Below are positions 1 to 13,285 of a DNA stretch of 64,000 bases, one piece after another. Below the pieces are notes generated by a model that was given only the letters and a program-made list of their open reading frames with translations, was not told the DNA's origin and did not search any database. The translations under genes were made by a program, and so were the position numbers. The DNA comes from Pelagomonas calceolata (Eukaryota): assembly GCA_918797485.1 (NCBI GenBank), contig CAKKNE010000003.1, forward strand, positions 3,224,001 through 3,288,000, given 5' to 3'. Numbering within the stretch: position 1 is the first letter of the stretch; the number at the start of each line of letters is the position of its first letter.

Positions 1-130
1 ATTATTGTGCCCTGCAGCGTTCGGCAAGGTAATAGCAATAGAAAAAAAAATACAAGATACGTTAAACTTCCGGTTGCGGTACGTAGATATATATACGATA
101 TATATACTACCTACTTGCAAAGCATCGCCG

Positions 131-3100
131 ATGACCACTTCGGTCCGATAATCAAGCTTCTCCTTATTTACATTGTCCATAGGTTTTGGACTCCTGCTTA
201 AACTTTCCAGAGGAAGAGGAAGTGATTTTAAGGTACTGGAAAGAAATAGATGCTTTCCGTACAAGTATCAGTCTCAGTGCAGGAAAGCCAGAGTACACTT
301 TCTACGACGGGCCGCCCTTTGCGACCGGTTTGCCCCATTATGGGCACATCCTGGCTGGAACAATTAAAGATACCGTGACTCGGTATGCCCACCAGACTGG
401 CCACAAGGTTTCACGTCGTTTTGGGTGGGACTGCCATGGTCTGCCAGTTGAATATGAGATTGATAAGGCTCTGGGCCTCAATTCACGAGAAGAAGTATTA
501 GCAATGGGTATTGGGGTGTATAATTCGCACTGTCGGAGTATTGTTCAACGATACACACGTGAGTGGGAGACCGTTGTTACCCGTTTGGGGCGATGGATCG
601 ACTTCGAGAATGACTACCGCACAATGGATTTGAGCTTTATGGAATCGGTCTGGTGGGTATTTAAAACTCTCTTTGATAAAGGACTTGTATACCGCGGGTA
701 CAAGGTCATGCCATATTCAACAACTTGCGCCACGCCTTTGTCAAATTTTGAAGCTGGTCTAAATTACAAAGATGTGACCGATATTGCAGTTGTTGTGTCC
801 TTCCCGCTACGGGATGAGCCAAACGTGAGCCTAGTAGCATGGACAACAACACCGTGGACTCTTCCATCAAATCTAGCGTTATGTGTCAATGCACATTTGA
901 ACTACGTCCAGGTCCGTTCGGTCGCGGACAAGAAAATCTATATCGTCGCGGAGATGCGACTCACGCAACTATTTCCGGCGCTTCGGTCGAAGAAGTTTCA
1001 GCAAGGTGATGAAGCAAGGATATATGAGGTTCTTAAGTCCTTTAAGGGTGCTGAACTCGTTGGTCGAATGTATGAGCCCCTTTTTCACTTCTATGATAGC
1101 GCAGAGCGGCGCTCCTGTGCATTCAAAGTCATAGCAGATGAGTATGTAACAAGTGAGGCGGGCACCGGCATTGTGCACCAGGCTCCTGCTTTTGGCGAAG
1201 ATGATTATAGGGTCTGCGTAAGAAACAAGATCGTTGACGTCATAATGAACGGCGAGAGGAGCCTCCCTTGTCCCGTTGACGCCAATGGTCGCTTTGTCTC
1301 GCCAGTGTCTGGGGATTTACAGGGCATGCCGGTAAAGCTAGCTGACGCAGCAATTTGTTCATTGCTTCACAAGATGGGCCGACTCGTGCTCAAAGAGTCA
1401 CATGAACATAGTTACCCATTCTGCTGGCGCTCAGATACTCCACTGATTTACAAGGCGGTCCCCTCGTGGTTTGTCGCTGTAGAGACGATAAGAGAGAACC
1501 TCATACAGAATAATAAACAGACATACTGGGTCCCTGCATCCGTGCGAACTGTCAGAGTCCACAAAGCGCTTGGCCATTTGCCATAAATCCACTGGTGAAA
1601 CTCCGCACTAGGTGAAAGAGAAGCGGTTCCACAATTGGCTGGTTGACGCTAAAGATTGGGCTATTTCCAGAAATCGTTTCTGGGGCACTCCTATCCCTCT
1701 TTGGGTATCTGAAGACCACAAGGAGATGGTGGCTATAGGCTGCGTCGCAGAATTACGCGCAAAATGTGAGCTGGCAGATGGGTCTCAGATCCCGATGGAC
1801 TTGAGTGATTTGCATCGTGAAAGTGTGGACAGCCTGGTAGTGGCGTCGCCATCACGGTCAGGCGTATTTCTCCATCGTGTTGACGAGGTCTTTGACTGTT
1901 GGTTTGAATCAGGCTCCATGCCTTACGCACAGTTGCACTATCCATTTGAGTGCAGTGAAAAGGAGTTTTTGAAGAAGTTTCCAGCTGATTTCATTGCAGA
2001 GGGATTAGATCAAACACGCGGGTGGTTCTACACACTCATGGTCATCTCCACTGCACTATTCAATAAGCCAGCATTCAAGAACCTTATAGTAAATGGTCTT
2101 GTTCTTGCAGCAGATGGAAAGAAGATGTCAAAGCGTCTAAAGAACTACCCCGACCCAACACTCGTAATCAACGCACATGGCGCTGATGCTCTTCGGCTCT
2201 ACCTCATTAATTCACCCGTCGTGAAAGGTGAGACCATTAAATTTGTTGAGTCTGGCGTACGTGGAGTTCTCCGCGATGTGCTACTCCCCTGGTTTAACGC
2301 CTTTCGCTTTTTTACCCAACAAGCAAGCCGGTGGGAAATAAAAAATTCGACAGGAAACAAGTTTACGCAAGACAACGATCGTGTAAGAAAATCGCAAAAT
2401 ATTATGGACGTTTGGATCATGGCAAGTTTGGACAGTCTTGTCCATTTTGTTCACGAGGAGATGAGAACATATCGCTTATACACTGTTGTGCCGCGGTACT
2501 CTGGCTGCGTCCGCGCCCCCCTCCCCGATCCTGACACACACACTTCCTTTCCCGTTGCACTACTGTGCTGAGTACACTACAATAGGCTAGTCGGCTTTTT
2601 GGGTGATCTGACAAACTGGTATGTTCGCCTGAATCGTTCTCGCCTCAAGGGTACTGATGGCGAGGACTCAGCACTAACATCACTGGCAGTCCTATATGAT
2701 GTGCTTCTGAAGATGACCGTTATTATGGCACCATTTACTCCATTTTTTGCAGAATACCTATACCAACACCTGCGAAAGCGTCTTCTCACATCTAATACCG
2801 CAAATTTGCCTGAGGATGCAATAGGTAAAGCAGATAGTGTGCACTACATAATGCTACCCCTGGCGGGAAACCCCAAGGCGGATGGAAAGGTCTTAGTTGG
2901 AATGAGCCTTCTCCAGCAGGTTGTTGAACTTGGTCGCCGGGCTAGGGAGGCTGCTACTATCTCAATGAAAACGCCCGTCAAAAGGGTCATTATAGTGTGT
3001 GACTCTGCATTAACGCTAGATGGACTGCGAGGGGAGCTGGAGTCCTATGTCCTTGAAGAGCTAAACACATGGGAAATTGTATTAACAAGTGATGTCGAAA

Positions 3101-3885
3101 CCTGGTGCTCAATATCTGCTCTACCAAATTTACCCATTCTTGCAAAACGCCTCGGGAAGCAAGTCCGTAGTGCGGCAGATGCAATCAAAGGCCTTGATTC
3201 AGCCTCCCTCCGCTCTTTCTCCAGGACTGGTAGTATCATGATCTGCGTTGATGGTAAACTCCTTCATTTTTCCAAAGGTGACCTCATTGTCAAGTCTGCA
3301 TTCTCCGGAGATAGTACTCGTTACATTGCAACAAGTTCTTCTGACGGCGGCCTCACGGTAGCTGTCTGTACGGTGCAGGACGATGCACTCCGCAGGCAGG
3401 GTATCACGCGTGATTTTTGCAATCGTGTTAACAAATTGCGCAAAAAAAGAAAGCTCAACATTGCGGATCAGGTCGATATCTTTTATGCCGAATCTGCTCC
3501 GCTAGACAATATCTCCACCACCAGAGCCCTTGCCTGTAATAGCAATCTACTTAATAGGGCGAGGATCTATCCTGTTGACTTTTCGAGCTGTCGCGGACAA
3601 ATACTAATTTCAGATAAATATGCATCTCCTGGAGGTTCCAATAATCTCAGTATTGCTCTGGCGGTCCCTGCACCTTCACTAGCGCCAGCCGCCAAAAAAA
3701 AGTTTGCTGGGTATGTTGCACTAGAAACGTTGCTTGCGACCTGTGACTTATCTAATAGCAAAATTCATGGTAGCCTTGAGAATAACCCTTTTGAACTTAA
3801 GCTTGGTATTGACATTTTCCCAAGTGCAAGTTCTGCCCGCAGTCTAGGCAAAGGGATTCTAGCACCCTCAAAACCTTGTGCGTAA
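131..3885 (+). CDS. IARS1: Cytoplasmic isoleucyl-tRNA synthetase; exons 131-142, 183-1541, 1612-2495, 2586-3885
   Basis: Class I aaRS motifs FYDGPPFATGLPHYGH, GWDCHGLPVE, AWTTTPWTLPSN, DWAISRNRFWGTPIP, EGLDQTRGWFY and KMSKR. GT-AG introns 143-182, 1542-1611 and 2496-2585 join the ORFs in frame. Confidence 0.97.
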
Positions 3886-4429
3886 ATGAAGCAGGGGCCC
3901 TCTGCACAGACTTGTTGGACGCGTGCCAACGTCCTACAAAATCGCGGATTCATATTATTCCAATATGCATTATTTGGCCTTCTCTTAAATAAACTAGGTG
4001 TCTGGTTGGCGGGCAATTTTAGCTTGAGCCTGACGACTGCCTAACCTTTATGAGGTCACGGTAACAAGAGTCCAATAATTTTAGCTCCCCGCGTCGGGAG
4101 ACCAAATTCCCAGCTTAGGGGCTTCCGCACCACTGATGTTCGAAACGAACTTTTATTCAAGTTGAGCTGCCATCGTGTATCTTAGGTGTAATAGGCCCAG
4201 ACAGGCAAAATCGATTATCGTGGGGGGCAAATGACTACCGCGAGTCTGAGCTGGAGTTGGTGATTGAATGTGAACAAACGTATACATCTGGCCGCGGTGG
4301 TGGTGTTGCTTTTTATGGCTGCAGATTGGCTCCGGATTTCCGTTGAGTATAGAAAACGACCCCTCTGCTCCGAAAATTAGGCTAAACTCGACTGTCGTCA
4401 CCCAGACGTGTCAGCGGCTCGGGGGGCGA

Positions 4430-5277
4430 CAGGGGGTCACGGAACCCGAATTTGCCGTATCTCTATAACTGGCGTCTGGTGCGGGGGCAGGTCGAAATTA
4501 GGGGACCTCCTTACCAATTTAGGACGTGAATGAAACGGACGAGCAAAACGATTTAGCCTGGCAATTTCAGTGGCGTTTCGTCTGGCGACCTATCGGGTAC
4601 CTACTCGCGCTTACGCATCTACCCCACGCCACAGGTACCCGAGCCCTCCATGGAGACCAAATTACCAGCATAGAAGCAAGGTTTTTTACATATCCCGTCG
4701 ACGGGATATGTTATGCGGCACTCCCCGGCGGTCTCTACCGGACGTCAAATACGGCACTCCTATACGGGACTCAAACTAGGCAGTCGTGATATGCAACACC
4801 CGTGTAAGCCTTTTATCATCATCTACCCCATTGGCACTGGCAGTAAAACACGCGCGCTTTTTTTTTCTGACAGGATGATTGAAGGCACCCGGGCCGCCGA
4901 CGAACAAACTTGAATGGAACAAAATCTTGAAGAATTTTCAAGAACCGTGAAAAGTCGGGTCATATGTTAGGACAACAGCTGGCGTCGCTTCGGCTGACGT
5001 TGGGAAAGATTTTTTTTTACTAGTAACTACGTGCTACTAGTTTTATTTTTAGCCCCCATCGTCACCGATTTTTACCAACAGACAAGTAAAATCCGTGCTC
5101 AAATAAATCAGATTTTTCTCGCACGTTAGGCTCCTAAGGGTAATTTCGCGACCACGTCTCGCGAAAGTGACCCCTCCCACCAGCCCGAAGGCGCGCGAAA
5201 GCGTTTCGCAGCCAAAATCACCCCCGCACAAGTTGCCGGGACCTCGAATCTCAAATATCTCAAATGAGTCATCAGGG
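4430..5277. mobile_element. Decayed non-autonomous element, family R2 (paralog at ~39130-39606)
   Basis: Blocks 4442-4480, 4568-4673 and 5121-5256 align collinearly with 39138-39180, 39288-39413 and 39451-39606. Ends in TCATCAGGG, the reverse complement of CCCTGATGA at ~36545. Confidence 0.6.
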
Positions 5278-5738
5278 AAGGCCTATCGCTCGCTATCCCG
5301 CGAGGGCATCAGGGAAGGGGGGCTCAGGTCTGGTTAACAAGGTGGTGAACAAACGATCGCGCCAAGGTATCCAACCGTCGTGATCTGTACGCTACGACGT
5401 TATCCTCTTGCCGATTAGAGCCAACTCTGCAACCAGAAGTGCGGGCAGCGGAGAAAAGGATCCAGAATGATGAAAGTCATTTTCAGCGTCAAAACGAACA
5501 AATCATGCCACCCAGACAAAGCAGCTTAAATTGCGCAAAAAAAACAGCTATTTTCACGCAGTCAAACTATAATAATCCACTACTATGTCTGGTATGTTTA
5601 TCACACAATGTATTCAGCTGGTTGGCGAGTGAAGCAAAAGGATATGGCGGCCCTCTGTGCCATCACTTACCTTCACCTACTAGTAGGCGACTAGTAGGGA
5701 CCAGTCGGATTGTCTCCAGGTATCTCTAAAAAGTTCCA

Positions 5739-7427
5739 CTAGCCCGATCCAAAACGTTGACTTGGACTTGGACTGCTACACCTCTGAACGTCGTGATTTT
5801 TCTTGAAATCCCACTCGCCGCCCCTCTGGTTCATCAGGTCTTCCAGATCATCAAAAATTGCAGCACACTCTTGATCATCTTGAGCACACTTAGCGTCGAT
5901 CTCTTGGCGAATATGGGATTCTGACTTTAGTACGATTCCATGGCCTGTTCATAAAAAAAATATTATGAGCATGTATCATAAATATGACATTGGTCGCTGT
6001 TTTTAGAACCGTCTTCGAAAGTCCAGGTTGTCCCACGAACAAACTCGCCACTTTCTCCCTGCAGAGGTGTCTTATTTGCCTGTTGGTGCATAGATGTACT
6101 ACACCAAAAATCTAAACACGGACAATTACTAAGGCCATTGCCTCTGCTTCACTCGAGCCTTGCCGCAGGGTTTTCCCTGGGCAACTCGCATCCTCATTGA
6201 AAATAACTGTGTCATTTTCATTGTATCCCTAGTACAAGCCAAAAACTCCAAAGGACAGATAAATTCTAGGCAAGCGCTGATAGACCCACATCTGTCGTGA
6301 GATACAAGGAACTTGCTTGTGAGGACTTGGATTCATCAGGTATCTGCAACAGAAGAAAATTCATTGAAGAAAATAATTTGACAGTTTGAAACGACGGCAC
6401 ATGACAGAAATATTACCCACATGGCACAAGAGCTCATTGACTAAGGGACCAACAGGCCACTTGGTCTTGAAAAATTTACAGTTCATCAGCGTTTGCACCG
6501 TGGGGCGTTTGCGTGCCTCTTTTTGGAGACACATGCGCACCATTTCTTTGAATGAACGGGAGAATGATTCACCTGTGCTAGGAGGATAAAGTTGTAAATG
6601 ACAACATGCGCACCAGTGCAGGATTTTTCAGTGGCATAACTTCGCAGTGATGGCGGCTCCTCCTGAATCGTCAGCAAGAGGACTTTCATTGGTGGATGAA
6701 GTGCATATGGCGCAAATCCTTTGGCTAGCTCCAATGCAGTGATCCCAAAGCTCCAAATATCAGCTTTGTAGTCATATCCTTCAACTTGCTCCATGACTTC
6801 AGGTGCCATCCAACATCTGTGTTTATCTTTTGCTTATATTATTTATATAGAGGATGTGGGCACGTACGGGGTCCCAACAAAGGTTTTTGCAGTTCGGCGC
6901 CTAAGTCCAGCGTGAACCAGCCACGAGGAAACTCCGAAATCTGATAGAGCTGCTTTGCCATTCGGATCAAGCAGAATGTTTCCTGCCTTGATATCACGGT
7001 GAATATGACCATTGTCGTGAAGGTATCCAAGTCCGCTTAAAATTTCAAACAACACATAACCAAGCCATTGCTCTGCAAGCCCTTCCCCCCGACCTTGTCG
7101 TTTCGCAACACGCATAATGCGCAAGCAAGAACCCTTTTCCATCAGAGGCGTAACAAGGAAAAGCTCACTTTTGCTCACAAATGAAGCGTGACAGCACAGC
7201 ACATTCGAGTGGTGGCACATTCGCATCATCTGAACCTCTTTGGAAATATCTGCAATTTCAGTATTAATGTGTTCAAGGTCCATCACTTTGAGGGCAACAC
7301 GCTGAACCCCATCGGAGCGCTTTTTAGCGCACGTGGCTGTATAAACCTTGGCAAATGAACCGCGGCCAATCAGATGTTCTAGAGAATACTCACTAGAGTC
7401 ACATGGCCACGATTCAATCTCATCCAT
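5739..7427 (-). CDS. STE20-family Ser/Thr kinase, OXSR1/SPAK (GCK-VI)-like; multi-exon
   Basis: GRGSFA P-loop, [15 protein letters not shown] and [39 protein letters not shown]. Introns 6817-6867 and 6573-6613 are firm. The 3' exons ([12 protein letters not shown], stop at 5739-5741) are less certain. Confidence 0.88.
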
Positions 7428-7766
7428 TTCGGTTCAGTGTCGGTGCGGCTCTCAACTTACACGCATGATGAAGTTGTGTCAAGTATAAAGCATGGGGGGT
7501 GGCGCGACAACCAGGCTTAGACTCCTCAACCTAGTAGGTTTTCCTACCCTTGCATGGTATACAGTCTTACCCTAGCACAGGTAGTGACAACAGACCAATT
7601 GGGAATTATTCTTTTGCTCAGTTGTCGTTCACAGGGGGAAACAACCCTTTGTGAAACGACCGTGAAAAATGTCGTCACAGAGTGTCTTGTTGTTGAGGAC
7701 GGACGTATATAAATAAGGCCGGGACTCAGGCTCGGAATAAATACGGTGACCCAAAGATCACAAGTA

Positions 7767-8654
7767 CTAGTCCGTCACACTCTAGTTTGCGCGTAGAGTT
7801 TGGGGGGCACTCTTGCGGCCCGAGCCTCAGAGCTCGCGGGTTTCTATGTCGACACCATTGGGGGCACTCTACGGCTAGCGTGGAGCCGCATTTGTGCCGC
7901 CAGCGCGTGTGGAGGTCCTAGGAACTCGTCCGCGCCTGGCGTAAAGAGCGCGCGTCGAAAGCTAGCCGCCTCGGCGGTCTGCGAGTGCCCAAAAGCCTGG
8001 TGCTCTGCGAAGGCCCTAAATCGGCGCGCGACCGCGAACAGATCTCCAAATTGCTGGTAGAGAAGCGCCTGACCAACGCAAACAGCGATGCACCTTCAGA
8101 AGTCCACCAGCTATCCGTCGCCACATGTCAATCCGCGGCCGGTCGGGAAAGCATATTCGGTGAATGTCGATCACGGGCCGCGTGGGCACCTATCGACAAA
8201 GTTCGACCGGTATGACGTACGTATGCATTCCAGCGGACGTTGGAATGACGCGCCGACGCGCCGCGCCAGTGGAAGGGACTTATGGCCCGCGACGCCGACC
8301 GCGGGGAGTCGAACTCGTCCGAGAGCGGCCTTTAGGACGCTAGGCGTATTATCATAGGACACCAGCGCGGGTGGGGGGTTGGGGGCACTCTCTGGTGCAA
8401 GGAAAACCCGCAACCCCCCCCTCACGCACCGCTGGCCCTCCAAGACTACAGCCCCCCTACCGCGCGGGTTTTAGCTCTCCGTAGTATCTCGGCTTCAGCT
8501 TCCAGTGACGTCAACCTCAAGTTGAAGTAACGGTAATCATAGGTAGCCACGGACCCCCCTCAGACCTCCACAAATTTACTCCCGCTTCCGACGGGACGTC
8601 TCAAGCGTTTTCCGACGTCTAAGTTACGCGCAAACTAGGTCAAGACGGAGGAAG
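7767..8654. mobile_element. Stowaway/Tc1-mariner-like non-autonomous element with degenerate TIRs and TA flanks
   Basis: CTAGTTTGCGCGTA (7782-7795) is inverted at 8625-8638. The right end reads TA-CTTCCTCCGTC on the minus strand and the left end TA-CTAGTCCGTC, resembling the Stowaway TIR CTCCCTCCGT. Confidence 0.55.
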
Positions 8655-9294
8655 TAAGGGCCCGGCCCGGCCCCCGGCAGGCTAGGCACCCTCAGGCTAG
8701 GCCGCTAAATACGCTGAAGTGTGCAACCATCGCGATCGTACGATTCGTAGTTTATATATATATAAATTTACTAGTTTAGAGCTGTCGATTTTTTTTAAGT
8801 TCAAGCTTGCAAGCCTCACTGGCATGGGTATACAGCAGTGATAGAAGTCACGGTGGGGTATACAGCTTGGATGACTCGGACTCGGAGTGCGCATTTCGGG
8901 CCCGAGTGTCGCTGCTCATCAAGCGGTCCATTAAATATGTGCCGGCTTGGGGTTGCATGAGACGAAGTAGCCTAGTATTACGACCGCCCGCCGCGGCATT
9001 GTCGCGGTAATTCCCGGCCGAGTCCGAGTCAAAGTCCCGGGCCTGGGGAGTAGTCAAGTTGTACTGGCATTGCACCCTCAGGCTAGCGGGGCCTAGTGCC
9101 ACCCTCAGGCTCCTGTACGGTACGCCTGCTGTAGGAGAGCACCTTGCCTGGAAACGTCTAATTTTTTGTCCTCCCTCCGGCGAAGGTGAAATATGCTGAA
9201 TTACGCTGCGACAATTATGTTCCGCGGATACGGCTGCAGGGCGCTTTTTGGTTTGATTTGGACCATCGCACCGCGTCGCAGCCGAAGTCTCAGC

Positions 9295-9435
9295 GCGCGA
9301 AGGTCGCAGCGAACTTTGCAAAGCCCATTAATTCATCATACGGAACCTGCGCCTCAGCAAAAGGTTCCCGCCATTCGCCCGCTGCGTAGCTGTATCGCTC
9401 ATTAATCTGTAGCGTACCCATTGGAATTTCCGGTA
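9295..9435. repeat. Dispersed repeat family R4 (inverted copy at ~24155-24240; related piece 18428-18501)
   Basis: GAACTTTGCA.AGCCCATTA....CATACGGAACCT.CGCCTCAGCAAAA..TTCCCGCCATTCG is shared with the reverse complement of 24158-24225. ATTGGAATTTCCGGT occurs at 9420 and 24401. Confidence 0.7.
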
Positions 9436-9467
9436 TGTAGTCAATTATCTAGAAAAACCGGATATCG

Positions 9468-9469
<2 letters not shown>

Positions 9470-9503
<34 letters not shown>
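9470..9503. repeat. (TACA)n microsatellite
   Basis: About 8 perfect TACA units. Confidence 0.9.
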
Positions 9504-9508
<5 letters not shown>

Positions 9509-9926
9509 CGCTTTTTGCCGCCGCTGCCACACGCACGCAGAATGAGTCTCATAGACAATATATGGAGACGCCGCTCAGACACGGTGTTCTCCTCCATGGG
9601 AGTAGCCGGTATAGCAAAAGAGCGGTGCTTCACCTTTATCATTCATCAGGAGATAGACGCCTACGTTTACACAATATGGTAACCGACCTTGATTGACACT
9701 AGGGCGAACTTGATGGAAATTGCATCTAAAGTAGCGGACAAGCCAGTGCATTTGTTGGAGTGGGTATAGTAGCGGACAGCATACAGAGTAACGACCTAAG
9801 CAAAGCGCTGATCTCTAGGGGATCACATCACAAGAAATGAAGGACGACCTTTCTTGGGCAGTCTGTTACATGTTTGGCACGGGCTTTATAACCTGAGGGT
9901 ACTATGTATGACTCAGAACCAATCAA

Positions 9927-12900
9927 CTACACTCTTGACTTGCTCGACAGCACTGAGGGGTTGATACATACGCCACTAAAACTATTCGCGCAATCATCAA
10001 GGTGTTTTTTACGTTTGAACACCTCTCTCTCTTTCCACAAATCTACAAGCTTTCTGCTCTGAATGTCATTTACTACGCACTGTAGCTGTTTGAGAAGCTG
10101 GACAATCAACTTGTCAATCGAAAAAAATACAAATGATGGGGTGCTAAAAAGAAGCCGACAGCCGTCCTCATAACGATCTGCATCTACTGAACCGTCAAGC
10201 AGACCACGAACAAGTGTATCAAAAGCTGCAATACGTGGATGATTCTGGCTTGGAGAATCACTCTGACAACCCGAGGAGGTAGGGTTGTCACCAAGTTTCC
10301 AGGCAAACTCATATCGCTGAAAAAGCAGATGGTAAAGTCTAAAAAAGATATAAATCTGGCGAGATGCAATTATGAGCCTGCGCGATCACATTAAGCCAAT
10401 CAAAATCTGACTGGGTAAACTATTCAAGATGAAGGCTCTCTACACTGCGTGAAAAACTCGTCTGAAAAGTCATATTTTGTCCAAGGAGAAACCTGTAACC
10501 ATTATTATGACGCAACTTAAAGAAGATCTGTACCGTAGGCTCCATTTTGTGGTTATCATTGGAAAGATGGACAAAGTGGAAGAAAAAGTACTGCCAGTAA
10601 TCTACAATAAGTTGCTTGTCATGTTGTGACAAGCACGACTGTTCAACTGCGTTGAGAATGAGATGAAACAGCGTGCGGTGTAAAGAGCGCCGTCCCAATT
10701 GAAGGAACATATCCTTCCTGCAAATATCTGCTTCATCATCTAGAGGTGTAATTGTTTCATGTTGCCTTACCACTCTTTGGAGACTAGATAGTCCTATTTG
10801 AGTCCGGCTTGAACCCAGAATATGGCACATGAGATAGCGAGAGAGCTTGATCTTGCGATCATTTTGACGAAAATGAAACGCGCGTTGATCCAATGCACGA
10901 TGTAAGTTGCGATTTATTACCCTCTCCCAACAGTAACTTTTCATTTCACGCATGTCACGCCATTCTTTCCCTTTCTGTTTGAGTCGTTTTAATACTAGGG
11001 GTACTGCAAAGTGTGGATTGTTATTTATTAGTTCAATGAGTTCACCACCTAATCATGACTTAAGTAATAATAATTTGAAAAGATTGACTCTATCTACATA
11101 CTGTGCTTGCCGTAAACAGCAGAGATTGCATTTAAAGGCAGGTTTGAAAGGGTGGCCGCATCGACATTCGCATTGATCGCATCGTTTGAGCTGTGTCTAG
11201 AAGAACAATCGACTTGCTGTTCATGACAAATTCGAGTTTTACTGGGAGCAGAACAACTATTCCGGTAAAAGGTAGTAGTAATTGATTCTAGAACTGCAAC
11301 ACAAGCTGAGTTTGCATCAATGATCATGTCAAGCTCGTACCGTTGGTCCTCTAGCTGGAAAAGTTCTTGTTCGCATTTGTCTTTTTTAGGGTGCATGAAC
11401 CCACATGCTTTCTCTGAACTCACATTGATGCACATGTCATTCAAAACTGCTAGTTCGAGGCTCAAACGTCTGTGACTGCGAGGCTGGGCCAGCGACATTG
11501 GTAATGCCCGATATGAGGGCGTGTGGCGGGCACAGCTGGAAAAGTCCATATCATGAAGTGGCGTCAATGGCCCTGAACTATATTTATTTTGCTCTTCGTT
11601 CAGCCTGTAATTCCTTTTGTCTTCATAAGTTGCACTGTAAATGCCATCTCTATCTCTCAAAATCCTTTGAACAGCCTCGAGAAGCTCAACTGGGAGTCCA
11701 TGAGAACTGAAGAGCTCGGAGACTAGGCGAATTAGATCCGACCGCTGAAGGAGATCCTGGGAGTGCAAATCAAGACATTTCAGAAACTGGTTCCATGCAT
11801 CAGGCGCCGTAGCCAAAGTGCCAGTCGCATTCAGGAACCTGAATTGTATTTCAGACCAGGAATTTATCTATGAAAGGGCACGGCAAGTGAGCGACTCTCT
11901 TATTTTTTCAAAAAGCTGACGCTCTATTGCGCAGCTTGTGTAGCGCCTGTGACGTTAGTGTGTGCGTTATTCAGGACTTGACGCAGGGAGCAAAAACGCA
12001 TAGACTGGCCGACCACGCGTAGCCTTACTTTCAGCTTCAATCTGAGGATACATAATTGATTCAGCGTGTGCCGTTGCAATATTGCTATTCATATGTGGTA
12101 GTCCGCTTGTTGAATCAAAGGCCATTCTTGATCCTCTGCCAACGGCTGAGGGCCACCGAGTTCTTTCATCCGCTGAGCACTGGACTGGCACAAGTCTGCT
12201 GCTGGCATGGTACTCAAGGTTATATTCACCACCTCGACGTTGGCCGCGACGCATTTCTGACTCCCTAGCTGCCCGTGAAAGGCGTTCCTATAAATAAAAA
12301 ACAGATATAGTGAGTGTACCACACAAAAGCATGCCTTGGCTTGCTCCTGAACTGCGTCAGGAAGAAAATAGGTAAATTCTTTGAGTAGGTCAGAGTGGTC
12401 AGCAAAGAGCTGAGACACTTGTTCGAGAACATCTTTTATTGAACGTTGTTCTTTTTGATATGTATGCAGAATTTCAAGAAAAGCCTTGTAGGTCTCTGGT
12501 TCGTGCGCAAATCTTTTTTTAATGGTTGTAACCTGTTAAATTTTGTAGATTCTATCTAAGGAACTTTTTCAGATCAGGACAAGAGGAGCTCACGTAAGTA
12601 ATTGCATGGTCGAATTCAACAGGGGCGCCCGCCTACATTAATATTTTTCCCGTGTACATATCAGCAGATGGGGAGCCACGTCGGGTCGTACAATCGCCTA
12701 TATAATTGGGCTGTTCAATAAGGAGGGATATGCTGCAGAACGGCTCTGCAGCATGCATCACTTGGCTTTGAAATATTACCTGGGTGGCATAAAAATAAGT
12801 CAGAGTCACGTGCTTAACTCTAACCTCCTGTGTTTTTGCCAGGCGTTGTCCCTTGACTGGGGATGACAGGGCCACCGACCTATACATGAAGCTCAGCTGT

Positions 12901-13285
12901 ATGTAAACACTCCCTACGCATCACTGGCAACGGATGCCGAAACTCCTGCAGGTGTTATCACAGTCATGGTTGCGTTGTTTCCGTCCAGAGGTAGCTCAAT
13001 TTTGTAGCCATCAGGAAGGAAAGTGTTGAATCCAAGAATGAGTTTGTTATACCCGCGGAATAGGCGCGAAACTTGTTGGATAACACCAGGCGTGTCAATT
13101 TCTTGCGCTTTAAAGTTTTTCATTATATCTAAAAACTTATTGTAAATCTCTGGTTTGTCCTCGAAAGCCATTTTCACTTGATCCAGGTACAGCAAGGCGT
13201 CTTCCACCTGCGAGTGCTTTTGACAAAAAGTTTATGTGGATCGGAGCACCTTCAATTCCCGTAGTACTTTTGCAAGCGTCGGCAT
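9927..13285 (-). CDS. SIN3: Sin3 transcriptional corepressor (PAH1, PAH2, degenerate PAH3, HID, Sin3_C); the 3' end may extend by splicing to ~9670
   Basis: [16 protein letters not shown]...FNTFLP (PAH1, intron 13208-13249), [18 protein letters not shown]...EFTYFLP (PAH2), TPSYRALP...VLND and [15 protein letters not shown] (HID), YEDGCRLLF...IDKLI (C-terminal). Confidence 0.88.

Noticed and set aside
372..385. ACCGTGAC/GACTCGG motif inside IleRS
   Set aside because: It encodes the conserved KDTVTRY segment with no extra residues, so it is a chance match rather than an insertion.
1542..2585. Split ORFs as frameshifted pseudogenes (IleRS and others)
   Set aside because: Each break is resolved by a short spliceosomal intron that restores conserved motifs.
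9470..9503. (TACA)n as stacked Tc1 TA-CA-TA footprints
   Set aside because: Ordinary slippage explains it equally well.
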